DNA of 64,000 nt from an uncultured Pseudomonadota bacterium (GCA_963774895.1 CAVZGN010000004.1:299825-363824); one strand, 5' to 3'; numbered from the stretch's first letter, positions 41,275 to 54,991 are shown. Numbers and translations: made by a program. Notes: a model not told the origin generated them from the sequence alone.

Positions 41275-41850
41275 TCAGACGCCAGACAACCGGCCGTCAC
41301 GCAATATATACACCTCACCGGTCTGCGGACACAATGCTTGTCCCGTACCCTGAACTGGCAGATCTAGCCTGTTTCCAGCGCGGCTCATCCAACCGATATG
41401 ACGCGCTGGCACACCCACCATCAACGCGAAATCCATGACATTACTGGTGATAACTGCGCCAGCACCTACAAATGCGTATTGGCCGATGGTTACACCACAT
41501 ATGATGGTGCAGTTAGCGCCCAGTGACGCACCGCGACGAACAAGCGTATCACGGTACTCGTCTTTGCGAATAACCGCGGCGCGCGGATTATAGACATTGG
41601 TGAACACCATACTAGGGCCGCAAAACACGTCATCTTCCAGCGTCACATTGTCGTATACCGATACATTATTTTGGATCTTGACGTTATTGCCGATGAGCAC
41701 GCGATTTCCCACAAACACGTTTTGACCGAGCGAGCAGCGCTCGCCGATCACTGCGCCACCGCATACATGAACCCAATGCCAGATACGCGTACCTTCCCCG
41801 ATTCTGGCGCCGGCATCGACGATGGCAGTTTCATGTGCGGAATAACCCAT
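41275..41850 (-). CDS. wbpD: Hexapeptide-repeat N-acetyltransferase (WbpD-like)
   Basis: 191 aa; [29 protein letters not shown]. Confidence 0.92.
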   Translation of the reverse strand: MGYSAHETAIVDAGARIGEGTRIWHWVHVCGGAVIGERCSLGQNVFVGNRVLIGNNVKIQNNVSVYDNVTLEDDVFCGPSMVFTNVYNPRAAVIRKDEYRDTLVRRGASLGANCTIICGVTIGQYAFVGAGAVITSNVMDFALMVGVPARHIGWMSRAGNRLDLPVQGTGQALCPQTGEVYILRDGRLSGV

Positions 41851-41867
41851 GTCACGGCATTCCTTGA

Positions 41868-42947
41868 TCAATAGTCCAGCGGCAGGGATACTCTGCGACC
41901 ATCGCGCGCCGAGATGTATATGGCAACCAGCAGCTCCAAGGAGCGCAATCCCTCGCGGCCGTCGGTCTCAGCCTCGGCTTCACCCCGCAGTGTTTTGATG
42001 ACGTTCTCATAATAGAGAGCATGCCCGAAACCATAGACTGAGGTGGTGTCGTAATTGGCTTTTCTGACAAGCTCGTCGTCGGCATCAGAGTCAGCAAACT
42101 GCCAGTGTTGGATCTCATTGACTGCGACGCCCCCAACTCTCACCGTGCCTTTCTCTCCCAGTATCGTAATGGAGCCCTCAAGATTTTTGGGGTATGTAAG
42201 CATGGTGACGTTCATGGAACCCAGTGCGCCGGAGCGCCATTTGATACTCACCACACCGCTGTCTTCCACCTCGATGTTGCGTGCCAGGGTGGCTGTGAAG
42301 GCCTGAACACATTCCACCGGCCCGACCAGCCAGTCCAGCAAATCCACATAATGGCTTGCCTGGTTCATGAAGGCACCTCCATCGAATTCCCAGGTGCCAC
42401 GCCATTTAGCGCTATCGTAATAGGCTTGGGGGCGGTTCCATAAGACGTTAACATTGACCATATAGATACGTCCGAAGCGCTTTTTTTCGATGGCACGCTT
42501 CAATAACTGGATGGTGGCATTGCGGCGATTCTGCTTGACGACGAATAACATCACGCCCGCTTCATCGCAGGCTTTGACGAAATCCTTGCCGTCTTCCCAG
42601 CGTGTGGCCATGGGTTTCTCCGACACCACGTGAAACCCGGCTTTGGCAATTTGTATGCCCTGGCTGGCATGTAGGCCGCTCGGTGTGGCCAGTATGACGG
42701 CATCGAAGCCCCCGGCCCCGAGCATAGATTTCAGGTCAGGGTGGCCTTTGACTTCAGTATTGCCACAAGCCGCCTTCAGAGCAGTCGCATCGGTATCACA
42801 CACAGCTACCAACTCGGCATGTTCCGCGTGTTTTTGCAGGGATTCGAAGTGCTTCGCAGAAATGCGCCCACAACCCACGAGGGCAAATCGGATTTTCCGA
42901 TCGCATATTGGTTTGTAATTACCAGTCATATTCATCGCATCCTTCAA
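41868..42947 (-). CDS. wbpB: UDP-GlcNAcA 3-dehydrogenase, Gfo/Idh/MocA family (WbpB/WlbA-like)
   Basis: [42 protein letters not shown]. Confidence 0.9.
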   Translation of the reverse strand: MKDAMNMTGNYKPICDRKIRFALVGCGRISAKHFESLQKHAEHAELVAVCDTDATALKAACGNTEVKGHPDLKSMLGAGGFDAVILATPSGLHASQGIQIAKAGFHVVSEKPMATRWEDGKDFVKACDEAGVMLFVVKQNRRNATIQLLKRAIEKKRFGRIYMVNVNVLWNRPQAYYDSAKWRGTWEFDGGAFMNQASHYVDLLDWLVGPVECVQAFTATLARNIEVEDSGVVSIKWRSGALGSMNVTMLTYPKNLEGSITILGEKGTVRVGGVAVNEIQHWQFADSDADDELVRKANYDTTSVYGFGHALYYENVIKTLRGEAEAETDGREGLRSLELLVAIYISARDGRRVSLPLDY

Positions 42948-44281
42948 GCCTTGACGACATTGTCATACTGATCGCGGTAGACACCACGACTATCCACGAT
43001 CAGTTTTGCATACTTGCGAATTTTGTCATAATCAAAATCGGTATGATCTGTAGCCACCAGCACGCAATCGAAGCGCGTAAGCGACTCATCGGTCAATGCA
43101 ATGCTCTTGAGGTCAAAACTATGGTCGCGCATCTTTGGGAATGACGGTACGTAAGGATCGGAGTACTCCACATGGACACCCTTGCTTCGCAGTATTTCCA
43201 TAATATGCACCGAGGGTGATTCGCGCATATCGTCCACGTTTTTCTTGTATGCAATCCCCAATACTAGGATATGGCTGCCATTCAGGGCCTTACCCCGCTT
43301 GTTCAGGCCATCCACGATTTTTGATACTACCCAATCCGGCATAGCGCTGTTGACCTCACCCGCGAGTTCTATGAAGCGGGTATGCACGCCGTATTCGCGC
43401 GCCTTCCAGGTAAGGTAGAACGGATCAATGGGAATGCAATGCCCGCCCAAGCCCGGGCCCGGATAATACGGCACGAAGCCGAAGGGTTTGCTGGCAGCTG
43501 CATCAATGACTTCACGGATATCGATACCCATGCGGTCGGCAACGATTTTCATCTCATTCACCAATCCGATGTTCACAGCCCGGTGTATGTTCTCCAACAG
43601 CTTGGTCATCTCGGCCGCACGGGTGGAACTGACCGGTATTATCTTATTAACCACCTGCTCGTAAAGTGCTACGCCGATGTCACGGCAAGCTGGCGTATAA
43701 CCGCCGCACACTTTTGGAATGTTGGAGGTGGTGAAATTCATATTGCCTGGATCCTCGCGCTCGGGCGAGAACACTAGAAATACATCCTTGCCAACGCGTA
43801 GACCACGACTTTCAATACGCGGTTTGAGTTCCTCGTCGGTAGTCCCGGGATAAGTAGTACTTTCCAGTGAAACTACCTGGCTGGAGCGCAGATGCGGTAC
43901 CAGTGCATCCATGGTGTCGGTGACGAATGAGAGATCCGGCTCGCGATGCGAATTCAGTGGTGTAGGTACACAGATAATCAGTGCATCCGCCTCTTTGGCG
44001 CGCGCGAAATCCGTGGTGGGTTGGAATCCCGCTTTGATGGCTGCGCCGATTTTCGGATCAGCGATATGTTTAATATAGCTGCGGCCTTGCTGCAACGTCT
44101 TCACTTTGTCCGGATCGATGTCGAAACCGATGACTTTGTAACCGACTTCGGTGAAACGCAGCATCAGCGGCAATCCGACATAGCCGAGACCCACGATGCC
44201 GATCACCGCCTGGCGATCATGCAGCTTCTGTAGAAGCGCTTCTTGATGATTGTGCTTGGAATCGTTCATTTCCGACTGCAT
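42944..44281 (-). CDS. wbpA: UDP-GlcNAc 6-dehydrogenase (WbpA-like)
   Basis: [40 protein letters not shown]. Confidence 0.92.
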   Translation of the reverse strand: MQSEMNDSKHNHQEALLQKLHDRQAVIGIVGLGYVGLPLMLRFTEVGYKVIGFDIDPDKVKTLQQGRSYIKHIADPKIGAAIKAGFQPTTDFARAKEADALIICVPTPLNSHREPDLSFVTDTMDALVPHLRSSQVVSLESTTYPGTTDEELKPRIESRGLRVGKDVFLVFSPEREDPGNMNFTTSNIPKVCGGYTPACRDIGVALYEQVVNKIIPVSSTRAAEMTKLLENIHRAVNIGLVNEMKIVADRMGIDIREVIDAAASKPFGFVPYYPGPGLGGHCIPIDPFYLTWKAREYGVHTRFIELAGEVNSAMPDWVVSKIVDGLNKRGKALNGSHILVLGIAYKKNVDDMRESPSVHIMEILRSKGVHVEYSDPYVPSFPKMRDHSFDLKSIALTDESLTRFDCVLVATDHTDFDYDKIRKYAKLIVDSRGVYRDQYDNVVKA

Positions 44282-44342
44282 CCTGATCTCGCTAAATCTG
44301 TAAGGAATCTACACTGTCTATCTGCAACTGCCTCGCTGAATT

Positions 44343-44586
44343 GCGACGGAGTCCGCCGCGCCTACCACGCAATTCCATGTAGGAGTGGCCGGCGGACCAC
44401 TGGTCCGCGCCGCGATTCTCAATCCCAAACCATCGCGGTGGAGACCATCGCTCGTACCAATCACATTTCTTGTAGGAGCGATCCTCCGGGTCGCGATTCT
44501 GGTTCAAAATAATCGTGGCGAGAGCAGATTATTGCTCCTGCAAAATCTGCATTTCCGCCGTCCATGGCGGTCATCGCCGCTCCTAC
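44343..44586. repeat. Degenerate GTAG-type REP cluster
   Basis: GTAGGAG at 44379 and 44472; inverted units ending CCTAC at 44365 and 44586; spacer CCCAAACCATCGCG shared with the 15101 cluster. Confidence 0.85.
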
Positions 44587-44596
44587 CATAACAGCG

Positions 44597-46309
44597 CTAT
44601 TCAAGAAAACCGGCCGACTTGATGAGCTGCATGACCCGTTCCGCCTCTTCCTCGACCGTACCCTGGCCCGTGTCCAGTATAAGTTCAGGTTTCTCCGGCG
44701 CTTCATACGGATCACTGATACCGGTAAATTCCTTGAGAACGCCGGCACGTGCTTTGGCGTAAAGCCCCTTGCGATCGCGTTGCTCGCAGATCTCAATGGG
44801 AGTCGAAATGTAGATTTCGAAAAATCCGCCTAAAGGTTGGATCATATGACGCACATCCAAGCGGGTCGCGGCATACGGCGCAATAGGGGCACAAATTGCC
44901 ACGCCGCCGTTCTTGGTAATTTCGCTGGCTACATAGCCGATGCGACGAATATTGATGTCGCGATGTTCTTTTGAAAAACCTAACTCGCTGGATAAGTGCT
45001 TGCGCACCAAATCACCATCCAGCATGGTCACTGGACGGCCACCGATCTCCAGCAGCTTGACCATCAGCGCATTTGCGATGGTGGATTTTCCGGAGCCTGA
45101 CAATCCGGTGAAGAACACCGTGAAGCCCTGCCGGTTGCGCGGCGGATGAGTCTTGCGCAGTTCCGCCACCACTTCCGGGTAGGAAAACCATTCAGGGATT
45201 TCTAAACCCTTCTGCAGCCGCTCACGCAAATCGGTACCGGAGATATTCATGACGGTTTCGCCGGGCTTGATCTCGTCTTCGGGCGCATAACCGCCGCGTT
45301 CCTTGACGTAGACCATCATCTGGAAAGGTACCATCTGTATACCGATTTCATTCTCATATTTTTTCAACATTTCCTGAGCATCATAGGGACCATAGAAAGG
45401 TTTGCCGCGGCTGTCCTTGCCAGGACCAGCGTGATCGCGGCCCACGATGAAATGCGTGCAGCCGTGGTTCTTGCGGATGATGGCATGCCACACCGCTTCC
45501 CTCGGTCCACCCATGCGCATGGCCAGGGGCAGCAAAGCCAGCAGCGCCGAATGTTCGGGATAATGATCGATCAGGTGTTCGTAGCAACGCACCCGGGTAT
45601 AGTGGTCAATATCGCCCGGCTTGGTCATGCCCACCACCGGATTGAGTAACAGTTTGGCACCCACCTGTTCGGCTGCACGGTGCGTCAGTTCCAAATGTGC
45701 CCGGTGCATAGGATTACGAGTCTGGAATGCCACTACCTTGCTCCACCCACGTTGCTTGAACTGCTCGCGCACTTCTTGCGGTGTGAGCCGCAGTTGACGG
45801 AAATCATAATGCGTGGGTAACTCGATACCTTCGATACGCCCACCTAAATATACAGGGTTTGATATATGCAGCAGATGAGCGACACCTGGGTGCATCTCGT
45901 CTTCTGTACCAAAAACTACACGTGCTTCGCGGCGTAGGTCCGGTTCCCAGATGTCCTCCACCGTAAACAGTGCCAGTGGCACACCTTCTGCATCCCGCAG
46001 GGCGATTTTAGTTTCGGTTTTTAGCTTGCTGGCAAATTCCCGGCTCACGTCCAATGTGACAGGCATAGGCCAAAGACGGCCGTCAGTCAGACGCATCTCC
46101 TCCACCACGCGTTCGTAATCTGCGCGGTTCATGAAACTTTCGAGTGGTGAAAAACCCCCGTTGAGAAGAAGCTCGATGTCACAGAGTTGACGTTGGGTCA
46201 GATCCCACGACTGGAAGCCGATGGCATCTTGTTTAATTCGAGCTGCTGTGACGTCATCGACGTGAAGTCCATTCAATGGTTTTCCGTGCTGCTGGACAGA
46301 TTTATTCAT
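44597..46309 (-). CDS. sat/cysC: Bifunctional sulfate adenylyltransferase / adenylylsulfate kinase (PAPS synthesis)
   Basis: FQTRNPMHRAH and VGRDHAG (ATP sulfurylase), then [29 protein letters not shown] (APS kinase). Confidence 0.96.
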   Translation of the reverse strand: MNKSVQQHGKPLNGLHVDDVTAARIKQDAIGFQSWDLTQRQLCDIELLLNGGFSPLESFMNRADYERVVEEMRLTDGRLWPMPVTLDVSREFASKLKTETKIALRDAEGVPLALFTVEDIWEPDLRREARVVFGTEDEMHPGVAHLLHISNPVYLGGRIEGIELPTHYDFRQLRLTPQEVREQFKQRGWSKVVAFQTRNPMHRAHLELTHRAAEQVGAKLLLNPVVGMTKPGDIDHYTRVRCYEHLIDHYPEHSALLALLPLAMRMGGPREAVWHAIIRKNHGCTHFIVGRDHAGPGKDSRGKPFYGPYDAQEMLKKYENEIGIQMVPFQMMVYVKERGGYAPEDEIKPGETVMNISGTDLRERLQKGLEIPEWFSYPEVVAELRKTHPPRNRQGFTVFFTGLSGSGKSTIANALMVKLLEIGGRPVTMLDGDLVRKHLSSELGFSKEHRDINIRRIGYVASEITKNGGVAICAPIAPYAATRLDVRHMIQPLGGFFEIYISTPIEICEQRDRKGLYAKARAGVLKEFTGISDPYEAPEKPELILDTGQGTVEEEAERVMQLIKSAGFLE

Positions 46310-46410
46310 CGGTACATGTTAATAGGATGAGTAGAGTCCGCATCTTTAATCTGCCGGACGTAAGAAATTTTTATTCGGTTAGACGATACCTACTACAGGC
46401 AATACATCAT

Positions 46411-46860
46411 CTAAAAAGGTATATCGTCGTCGCTGAAATCCGCACTCTTGGGTTCCGTGGCGGTCGTTTTAGGTGCTGGGTTCCGGGCGCTCTCTTCAGG
46501 AACTCGGTCCGGGTTGCCGGCACCGGCGCGTGAACCCAGCATCTGCATGTTGTCGGCGATGATCTCGGTCGAATAATGGGTCTGGCCTTCCTTCTCGTAG
46601 GTGCGGGTACGCAGCTTGCCTTCGATATAGACCTGCGAGCCCTTCTTCAGGAATTCGCCGGCGACTTCCGCCAGCCGGTTATAGAAGGTGACGCGGTGCC
46701 ACTCGGTGCGCTCCTTCTGCTCGCCGCTCTCCTTGTCCTTCCAGGCCTCGCTGGTAGCAATACGGATATTGGTGACCGCGCTGCCGCTGGGCATATAACG
46801 GGTCTCCGGGTCAGCGCCCAGATTACCCACCAGAATGACTTTGTTTACGCCGCGTGCCAT
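46411..46860 (-). CDS. ssb: Single-stranded DNA-binding protein
   Basis: [15 protein letters not shown]...DDDIPF. Confidence 0.98.
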   Translation of the reverse strand: MARGVNKVILVGNLGADPETRYMPSGSAVTNIRIATSEAWKDKESGEQKERTEWHRVTFYNRLAEVAGEFLKKGSQVYIEGKLRTRTYEKEGQTHYSTEIIADNMQMLGSRAGAGNPDRVPEESARNPAPKTTATEPKSADFSDDDIPF

Positions 46861-47010
46861 GACTGAATCCTCTTGAATTTTGTGATTTCGGGCCTGCCTT
46901 ATCCTTAACAAGCCGGTATGCCATTTTACGGGTTCAGGCTTCCTGGGTCACGTATAACGCCTGTTTAAGCACATAACCCACCCCGGAAACACCACCGCCA
47001 CAACGACTGA

Positions 47011-48033
47011 CTAAACCGGCGTCCCGGCCGATCCGTTTTTACTCAGATACCAGTTTACCGTGCGCTGCAGACCGAGATCGAGCTTGACCCGCGGTTTCCA
47101 CCCCAGTTGGGTGTTGATCTTGGTTATATTCATCGCATAACGCCGGTCGTGTCCTGGGCGATCGTTGACAAATTCGATCAGCGATTTGTAGCCGCCTGAA
47201 CGCTTCATTGGTCGCATCTTAGTCAATATCTCACAAATACGGCCAACCAGTTCGATGTTATTGATCTCCGATTCGCCGCCGATGTTATAAGTCTCGCCAA
47301 TTTTGCCATCCTGTGAGATACGGTCGAGCGCCTGACAATGGTCTTCCACATACAGCCAATCGCGGACATTCTTGCCGTCGCCGTAAACAGGAATGGCCCG
47401 GCCGGCGAGCGCTTGGTTGATCACTACCGGTATCAGCTTCTCCGGGTATTGATAAGGGCCGTAGTTATTGGAGCAATTGCTCAAGGTAACTGGCAGGCCA
47501 TAGGTTCTGTGATAGGCGCGCACCAGATGATCGGAGGCCGCCTTGCTCGCAGAATACGGCGAGCTCGGATCATAGGGGGTGGTTTCAGTGAAGGCCGGTT
47601 CGTCCATGCTGAGCGAGCCATAGACCTCATCGGTGGATACGTGGTGAAAACGCGCTGGGCGTGACCAGCCTTTGTCATCCAGCCAGGCGCGCTTTGCGGC
47701 TTTCAGCAAGATGTGTGTTCCGACAATGTTGGTCTGAATGAAAGCATGCGGGCCGGATATGGAGCGGTCCACATGGGTTTCCGCCGCGAAATGCACGATG
47801 GTGTCGAATTGCTCTTCCTCAAACAGTTTATTCACCAGTAAATCGTCACAGATATTCCCATGCACGAAGCGGAACGTGGGATGCGTCTTGACTGGATCGA
47901 GGTTTTTGATATCGCCCGCATAGGTGAGCGCATCCAGCACAACGATACGATCCTGCGGGTACTGTTTGACCCAGTAGTGTACGAAATTGGTACCGATGAA
48001 TCCGGCGCCGCCGGTGACCAGCAACTTACGCAT
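47011..48033 (-). CDS. rfbB: dTDP-glucose 4,6-dehydratase
   Basis: TGGAGFIG, HFAAETHVDRSI, STDEVYG, YSASK, DRPGHDRRY. Confidence 0.96.
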   Translation of the reverse strand: MRKLLVTGGAGFIGTNFVHYWVKQYPQDRIVVLDALTYAGDIKNLDPVKTHPTFRFVHGNICDDLLVNKLFEEEQFDTIVHFAAETHVDRSISGPHAFIQTNIVGTHILLKAAKRAWLDDKGWSRPARFHHVSTDEVYGSLSMDEPAFTETTPYDPSSPYSASKAASDHLVRAYHRTYGLPVTLSNCSNNYGPYQYPEKLIPVVINQALAGRAIPVYGDGKNVRDWLYVEDHCQALDRISQDGKIGETYNIGGESEINNIELVGRICEILTKMRPMKRSGGYKSLIEFVNDRPGHDRRYAMNITKINTQLGWKPRVKLDLGLQRTVNWYLSKNGSAGTPV

Positions 48034-48892
48034 GTACCAGTTCCTTCAACATGGCTCTCAGATTGACGCGCCAGTGTGCCGGAGTGATACCTGTTTCTGT
48101 CATGGTGGCGTGCTTGTCCAGTACGCTGTAAGCAGGGCGTGCGGCGGGCAATGGATACTCTTCGGTGGCAATGGGCCGGATAGGGATGGACTTGTTGAGC
48201 AGCCCCAACGCCATGGCTTCCTCCTGGATGGCTACGGCAAAATCGTACCAGCTCGCTACCCCCGCATCGCTCCAGTGATAGGTACCCTTGATGGCGGGAT
48301 TCCGGGTGATTTTCCAGATCAACTTTGCCAACGACACTGCCCAGGTCGGCGTGCCCACTTGATCAGCAATCACGCTCAGGCTGTCCTTCTCGGCCATCAG
48401 ATGTAGCATGGTCTTGACGAAATTGTGGCCCTCGGCGGCATACAGCCAGCCGGTGCGCAGGATTACCGCGGTGTTCCCCATCAAGGCTCGCAAGCGGATT
48501 TCACCTTCCGCCTTGCTGGCGGCGTACACCCCCAGGGGATGCATCGCGTCCTCGGGCAGGTAAGGCGAGGATTTCTTGCCGTCGAAAACGAAGTCCGTGG
48601 ATATATGTATCAGGCGTGCTCCACATTCAAGCGCCACCCGGGCAAGATTTTCTGTACCGCTGGCATTAATCGCAAACGCCGGCTCGCGCTCACTCTCAGC
48701 CCGGTCCACGGCCGTGTAAGCCGCGGCATTCAAGATCACAGCCGGCCGGAATGCATGCACGGCCTTTCTCAGTGCCGCCTGATCACGGATATCCAGCTCG
48801 GTATCCTTAGCCTGGATCTCGCTATCGCCAGGCGCGGTCTTCAACAGCGAAGTACCCAGTTGGCCCGCCGCCCCTGTGATCAGAAATTTCAC
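48026..48892 (-). CDS. rfbD: dTDP-4-dehydrorhamnose reductase
   Basis: GTG start overlapping the rfbC stop; TGAAGQLG, NAAAYTAVD, STDFVFDG, YAASK. Confidence 0.95.
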   Translation of the reverse strand: MKFLITGAAGQLGTSLLKTAPGDSEIQAKDTELDIRDQAALRKAVHAFRPAVILNAAAYTAVDRAESEREPAFAINASGTENLARVALECGARLIHISTDFVFDGKKSSPYLPEDAMHPLGVYAASKAEGEIRLRALMGNTAVILRTGWLYAAEGHNFVKTMLHLMAEKDSLSVIADQVGTPTWAVSLAKLIWKITRNPAIKGTYHWSDAGVASWYDFAVAIQEEAMALGLLNKSIPIRPIATEEYPLPAARPAYSVLDKHATMTETGITPAHWRVNLRAMLKELVHA

Positions 48893-49437
48893 GGGTAGGT
48901 CTGCGCCATCCGCAGCGGCTCGCCGGCCTTGTCCTTGTCTGACAGCACCGGTGTCTGGCCCGGGGGTAACGGCCAACTGATGTTGAGGTCGGCATCGTTC
49001 CATACCAGCGTACGCTCGTGCCGAGGCGCATAGTAATCGGTACACTTGTAAACCAGATCCGCAGTCTCGCTCAGCGCCAGAAACCCATGCGCAAATCCCG
49101 GGGGTACCCACAACTGCTGTTGGTTTTCGGCGGACAGTGTGGTGCCAACCCACTGGCTGAAGGTGCGGGAACTGCGTCGCAGATCGACCACCACATCGAA
49201 TACTTCACCCACGATCACCCGCACCAGCTTACCCTGGGGTTGCATGATCTGGTAATGCAGGCCCCGCAGGGTATGTTGAGCGGACCGGCTATGGTTATCC
49301 TGTACAAACTGCCACGGCAGTCCGACCTCGGCGAACTTGCGCTGCTCCCAGGTCTCCATGAAAAAACCGCGCGCATCGCCGAACACGTGGGGCTTGATCA
49401 TGATTACGTCCGGGATGGCCGTAGGAATGAATTTCAT
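48889..49437 (-). CDS. rfbC: dTDP-4-dehydrorhamnose 3,5-epimerase
   Basis: FGDARGFFME, QDNHS, LRGLHYQ, GFAHGF. Confidence 0.96.
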   Translation of the reverse strand: MKFIPTAIPDVIMIKPHVFGDARGFFMETWEQRKFAEVGLPWQFVQDNHSRSAQHTLRGLHYQIMQPQGKLVRVIVGEVFDVVVDLRRSSRTFSQWVGTTLSAENQQQLWVPPGFAHGFLALSETADLVYKCTDYYAPRHERTLVWNDADLNISWPLPPGQTPVLSDKDKAGEPLRMAQTYP

Positions 49438-50318
49438 CACCGTTTGCGCTCGTTGAGCAGGCGCAACAGATAATCGCCGTAAGCAGTGTTCTTCAGGGAT
49501 TCCGCCAGATGCCGCAGTTGCCCGGCATCGATGAACCCATTTCCGAAAGCGATCTCTTCCGGGCAGGCCACCTTGAGACCCTGGCGGTTCTCGATGGTCT
49601 CGATAAAGTTCGAGGCTTGCAGCAGCGATTCGTGGGTGCCGGTATCCAACCATGCCACACCGCGGCCCAATAGCTCGACGCGCAAATCACCGCGCTGGAG
49701 ATAGGCCTGATTAACATCCGTGATCTCCAGTTCGCCACGCGCCGAAGGGCGGATGCGCTTGGCGATGCCAACCACGTCGTTGTCATAAAAATACAGTCCG
49801 GTGACCGCATAATGGGATTTCGGTTTGGCGGGTTTTTCCTCAATCCCTTGAGCCACGCCCTGTTGATCGAAATGCACGACGCCGTAGCGCTCGGGATCTT
49901 TCACGTAATAGGCGAATACCGTGGCGCCCTGCCCGCGTCCGGCAGCCGTCTTCAACTGCCCTGACATGCCCTGGCCATAAAATATGTTGTCGCCCAACAC
50001 CAATGCGACCGGATCATGGCCAATGAAGCGTTCGCCGATGATGAATGCCTGGGCGAGACCCTCCGGCTTGGGTTGCGGTGCATAACTGAATGCCATACCC
50101 CACTGGTCGCCATCGCCCAGCAGTTCCTGATAGCGCGGCAGATCCTGGGGCGTGGAGATGACCAAGACTTCGCGTACACCTGCCAGCATGAGCGTGGACA
50201 GTGGGTAGTAGATCATTGGCTTGTCGTAAACAGGCAGCAGCTGTTTGCTGATGGAACGGGTTATCGGGTACAGCCGTGTGCCCGATCCGCCTGCAAGAAT
50301 GATGCCTTTATAGTGCAT
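49437..50318 (-). CDS. rfbA: Glucose-1-phosphate thymidylyltransferase
   Basis: [38 protein letters not shown]. Confidence 0.97.
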   Translation of the reverse strand: MHYKGIILAGGSGTRLYPITRSISKQLLPVYDKPMIYYPLSTLMLAGVREVLVISTPQDLPRYQELLGDGDQWGMAFSYAPQPKPEGLAQAFIIGERFIGHDPVALVLGDNIFYGQGMSGQLKTAAGRGQGATVFAYYVKDPERYGVVHFDQQGVAQGIEEKPAKPKSHYAVTGLYFYDNDVVGIAKRIRPSARGELEITDVNQAYLQRGDLRVELLGRGVAWLDTGTHESLLQASNFIETIENRQGLKVACPEEIAFGNGFIDAGQLRHLAESLKNTAYGDYLLRLLNERKR

Positions 50319-50475
50319 TGACCTGGCGCTCCCGGTTATCGTGGCGCATGGCGCACCTGACAGGCAGGCGACTCGCGGATTGCAAGTTAAAAAGGCGCCT
50401 TGTCAGTTGACTAAACCATAGCAGATTACTGTCATTCCCCTGCTTGCAAGATCATACAGGTGTAGGGTTTGGCAT

Positions 50476-51672
50476 TCAGGATAATTTTACCTGCTGAGCG
50501 AGTGGCGGTCGCATGGCGATCGCCACCAGCAACCACAAACCGGCCAGCGACGCGCACAGGCCAAACACACCGCTGATTCCCCAGACGCCTTGCAGCCAGC
50601 CGCCCAGGGCGCCGCCCACGAAGATGCCGAAGAACTGGGAGCTGGAGTAGATGCCGAGGGCCGTGCCCTTGGCTTCGGCCGGCGCCACCCGCGAGATCAG
50701 CGACGGCAGGCTGGCTTCCAGCAGGTTGAAAGCCGTGAAGAACACCAGCAGGGCTGCGATGACCAGCAGCAACTCATCATGCCCTAGAAGCAACAGCAGC
50801 TGTGAAACACACAGCGTCGCCACGCTTGCCAGAAATATAGGTTTCATGCGGCCGCGCTCGGCCGTGATGATGAGTGGCAGCATGCAGATTACCGACACCA
50901 CCAACACCGGTAGATACACGAACCACTGATCATGCAGACTGACACCCGCGCGCTTGAGTACCAACGGCACGCTCAGGAAACTGGCGGTGAGGATGGCGTG
51001 CTGCACAAAGATACCAAAATCCAAGCGCAGGAGTTCTCGGTCTGTCAGCACGCGTTTGAAAAGCGACGCTACCGGTTCTGCGTCTGCATGCACACTGCTC
51101 ATGGCCGGCTTGGGTACCAGCCCATACAACACACCGATACCCAGCAATGCCAGCATTGCCGTCAGCCAGAAAATCCCCGGCACACCGATCCAGCGATTCA
51201 AAACCGGCCCGGCCACCAGTGCCAGGCTGAAGGACACGCCGATGGTCATACCGATGATGGCCATGGCCTTGGTGCGGTTATGCTCACTGGTAAGGTCCGC
51301 CGCCAGTGCCAGGGTTGCCGAGCCCACCGCGCCCGCGCCCTGCAGCAAACGGCCAAGGATGATACCGTCGATGGAATGGGAGAGCGCCGCCACTACACTG
51401 CCGGCGGCGAACACCAGAAGTCCAGAGGCGATGACACGTTTGCGTCCCAGGCGGTCAGACAGAAATCCCAGGGGTATCTGGAATAGCGCTTGGGTCAGTC
51501 CATACACACCCAATGCCAGGCCGATGGTGAACTCGCTGGCATCCGGCAGGCGCCGTGCCCACAGGGCGAACACCGGGTAGATCATAAACAGCCCCAGCAT
51601 GCGCAGGGAGAAAATCCCCGCCAGTGCTATGGAGGCACGGCGTTCATCGCCGGTCATGGAATCGGTTTTCAT
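50476..51672 (-). CDS. MFS transporter (YajR-like)
   Basis: [17 protein letters not shown] motif [17 protein letters not shown]; about 12 TM helices; divergent from uvrA. Confidence 0.9.
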   Translation of the reverse strand: MKTDSMTGDERRASIALAGIFSLRMLGLFMIYPVFALWARRLPDASEFTIGLALGVYGLTQALFQIPLGFLSDRLGRKRVIASGLLVFAAGSVVAALSHSIDGIILGRLLQGAGAVGSATLALAADLTSEHNRTKAMAIIGMTIGVSFSLALVAGPVLNRWIGVPGIFWLTAMLALLGIGVLYGLVPKPAMSSVHADAEPVASLFKRVLTDRELLRLDFGIFVQHAILTASFLSVPLVLKRAGVSLHDQWFVYLPVLVVSVICMLPLIITAERGRMKPIFLASVATLCVSQLLLLLGHDELLLVIAALLVFFTAFNLLEASLPSLISRVAPAEAKGTALGIYSSSQFFGIFVGGALGGWLQGVWGISGVFGLCASLAGLWLLVAIAMRPPLAQQVKLS

Positions 51673-51696
51673 CAGCGGATTGGCGCCTTGATGCTT

Positions 51697-51735
51697 GTAG
51701 GAGATGCGCCGTCGGGCCAAGCCCGGAGACGCGAT
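51697..51735 (+). repeat. Single variant GTAG-type REP
   Basis: GTAGGAGATGCGCCGTCGGGCCAAGCCCGGAGACGCGAT; same GTAGGAG...GCGAT frame as other units, with an inner hairpin. Confidence 0.6.
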
Positions 51736-51865
51736 TGATATTAAAGGCGCGGATTTTATCATGGTGCAGGCTTTGGCTTGTTCATCAAACCGGGTGGTCA
51801 GGTGTTTTGCACCGGACTCGTATGCCGGCGTATAGTTAACGGTTCGCAATTTTTTCAGGGTTTCA

Positions 51866-54739
<2,874 letters not shown>

Positions 54740-54756
54740 CCGCGATCCCTGGATGT

Positions 54757-54968
54757 ATCGTGGCGAAGACAAATTAAAGCTCCTGCATTGCTGCATTTCC
54801 GCCTTTCAAGCCGCACTTCCTGCGCGGCTTGAAAGTCCAGGACTGCCATCCCTGGCAGCCCTTTCATCACTTTGTAATAAGAGCCTGGCGGTCATCGCCG
54901 CGACATTATCGCGGTCGGGACGACCGCTCCTACATCAAAATCCTTGTACATCGGACGACCGCTCTAAC
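54757..54968. repeat. Composite REP/hairpin repeat cluster
   Basis: Inverted REP ATCGCGGTCGGGACGACCGCTCCTAC followed by ATCAAAATCCTTGTACATCGGA (reverse complement of the 7018 unit); left part matches 44512-44580. Confidence 0.85.
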
Positions 54969-54991
54969 ATATTCATCTTTGCCACAGGATT

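Larger units (their letters stand above)
17602..46309. other. Surface polysaccharide biosynthesis and sulfation locus
   Basis: Contiguous nucleotide-sugar, glycosyltransferase, deacetylase, sulfotransferase, methyltransferase and PAPS genes; visibly lower GC than the flanks. Confidence 0.9.

Noticed and set aside
44597..46309. Marker of dissimilatory sulfur metabolism
   Set aside because: Fused to APS kinase and adjacent to sulfotransferase genes; no apr, dsr or sox genes in the window
17602..46309. Integrative element or prophage
   Set aside because: No integrase, transposase, tRNA or flanking direct repeats recognised
48893..49653. Long N-terminal extensions on rfbD (375 aa) and rfbC (254 aa)
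   Set aside because: They overlap upstream rfb genes; coupled starts at 48892 and 49437 give normal lengths
51740..51865. LexA SOS box upstream of uvrA
   Set aside because: No CTG-N10-CAG match seen
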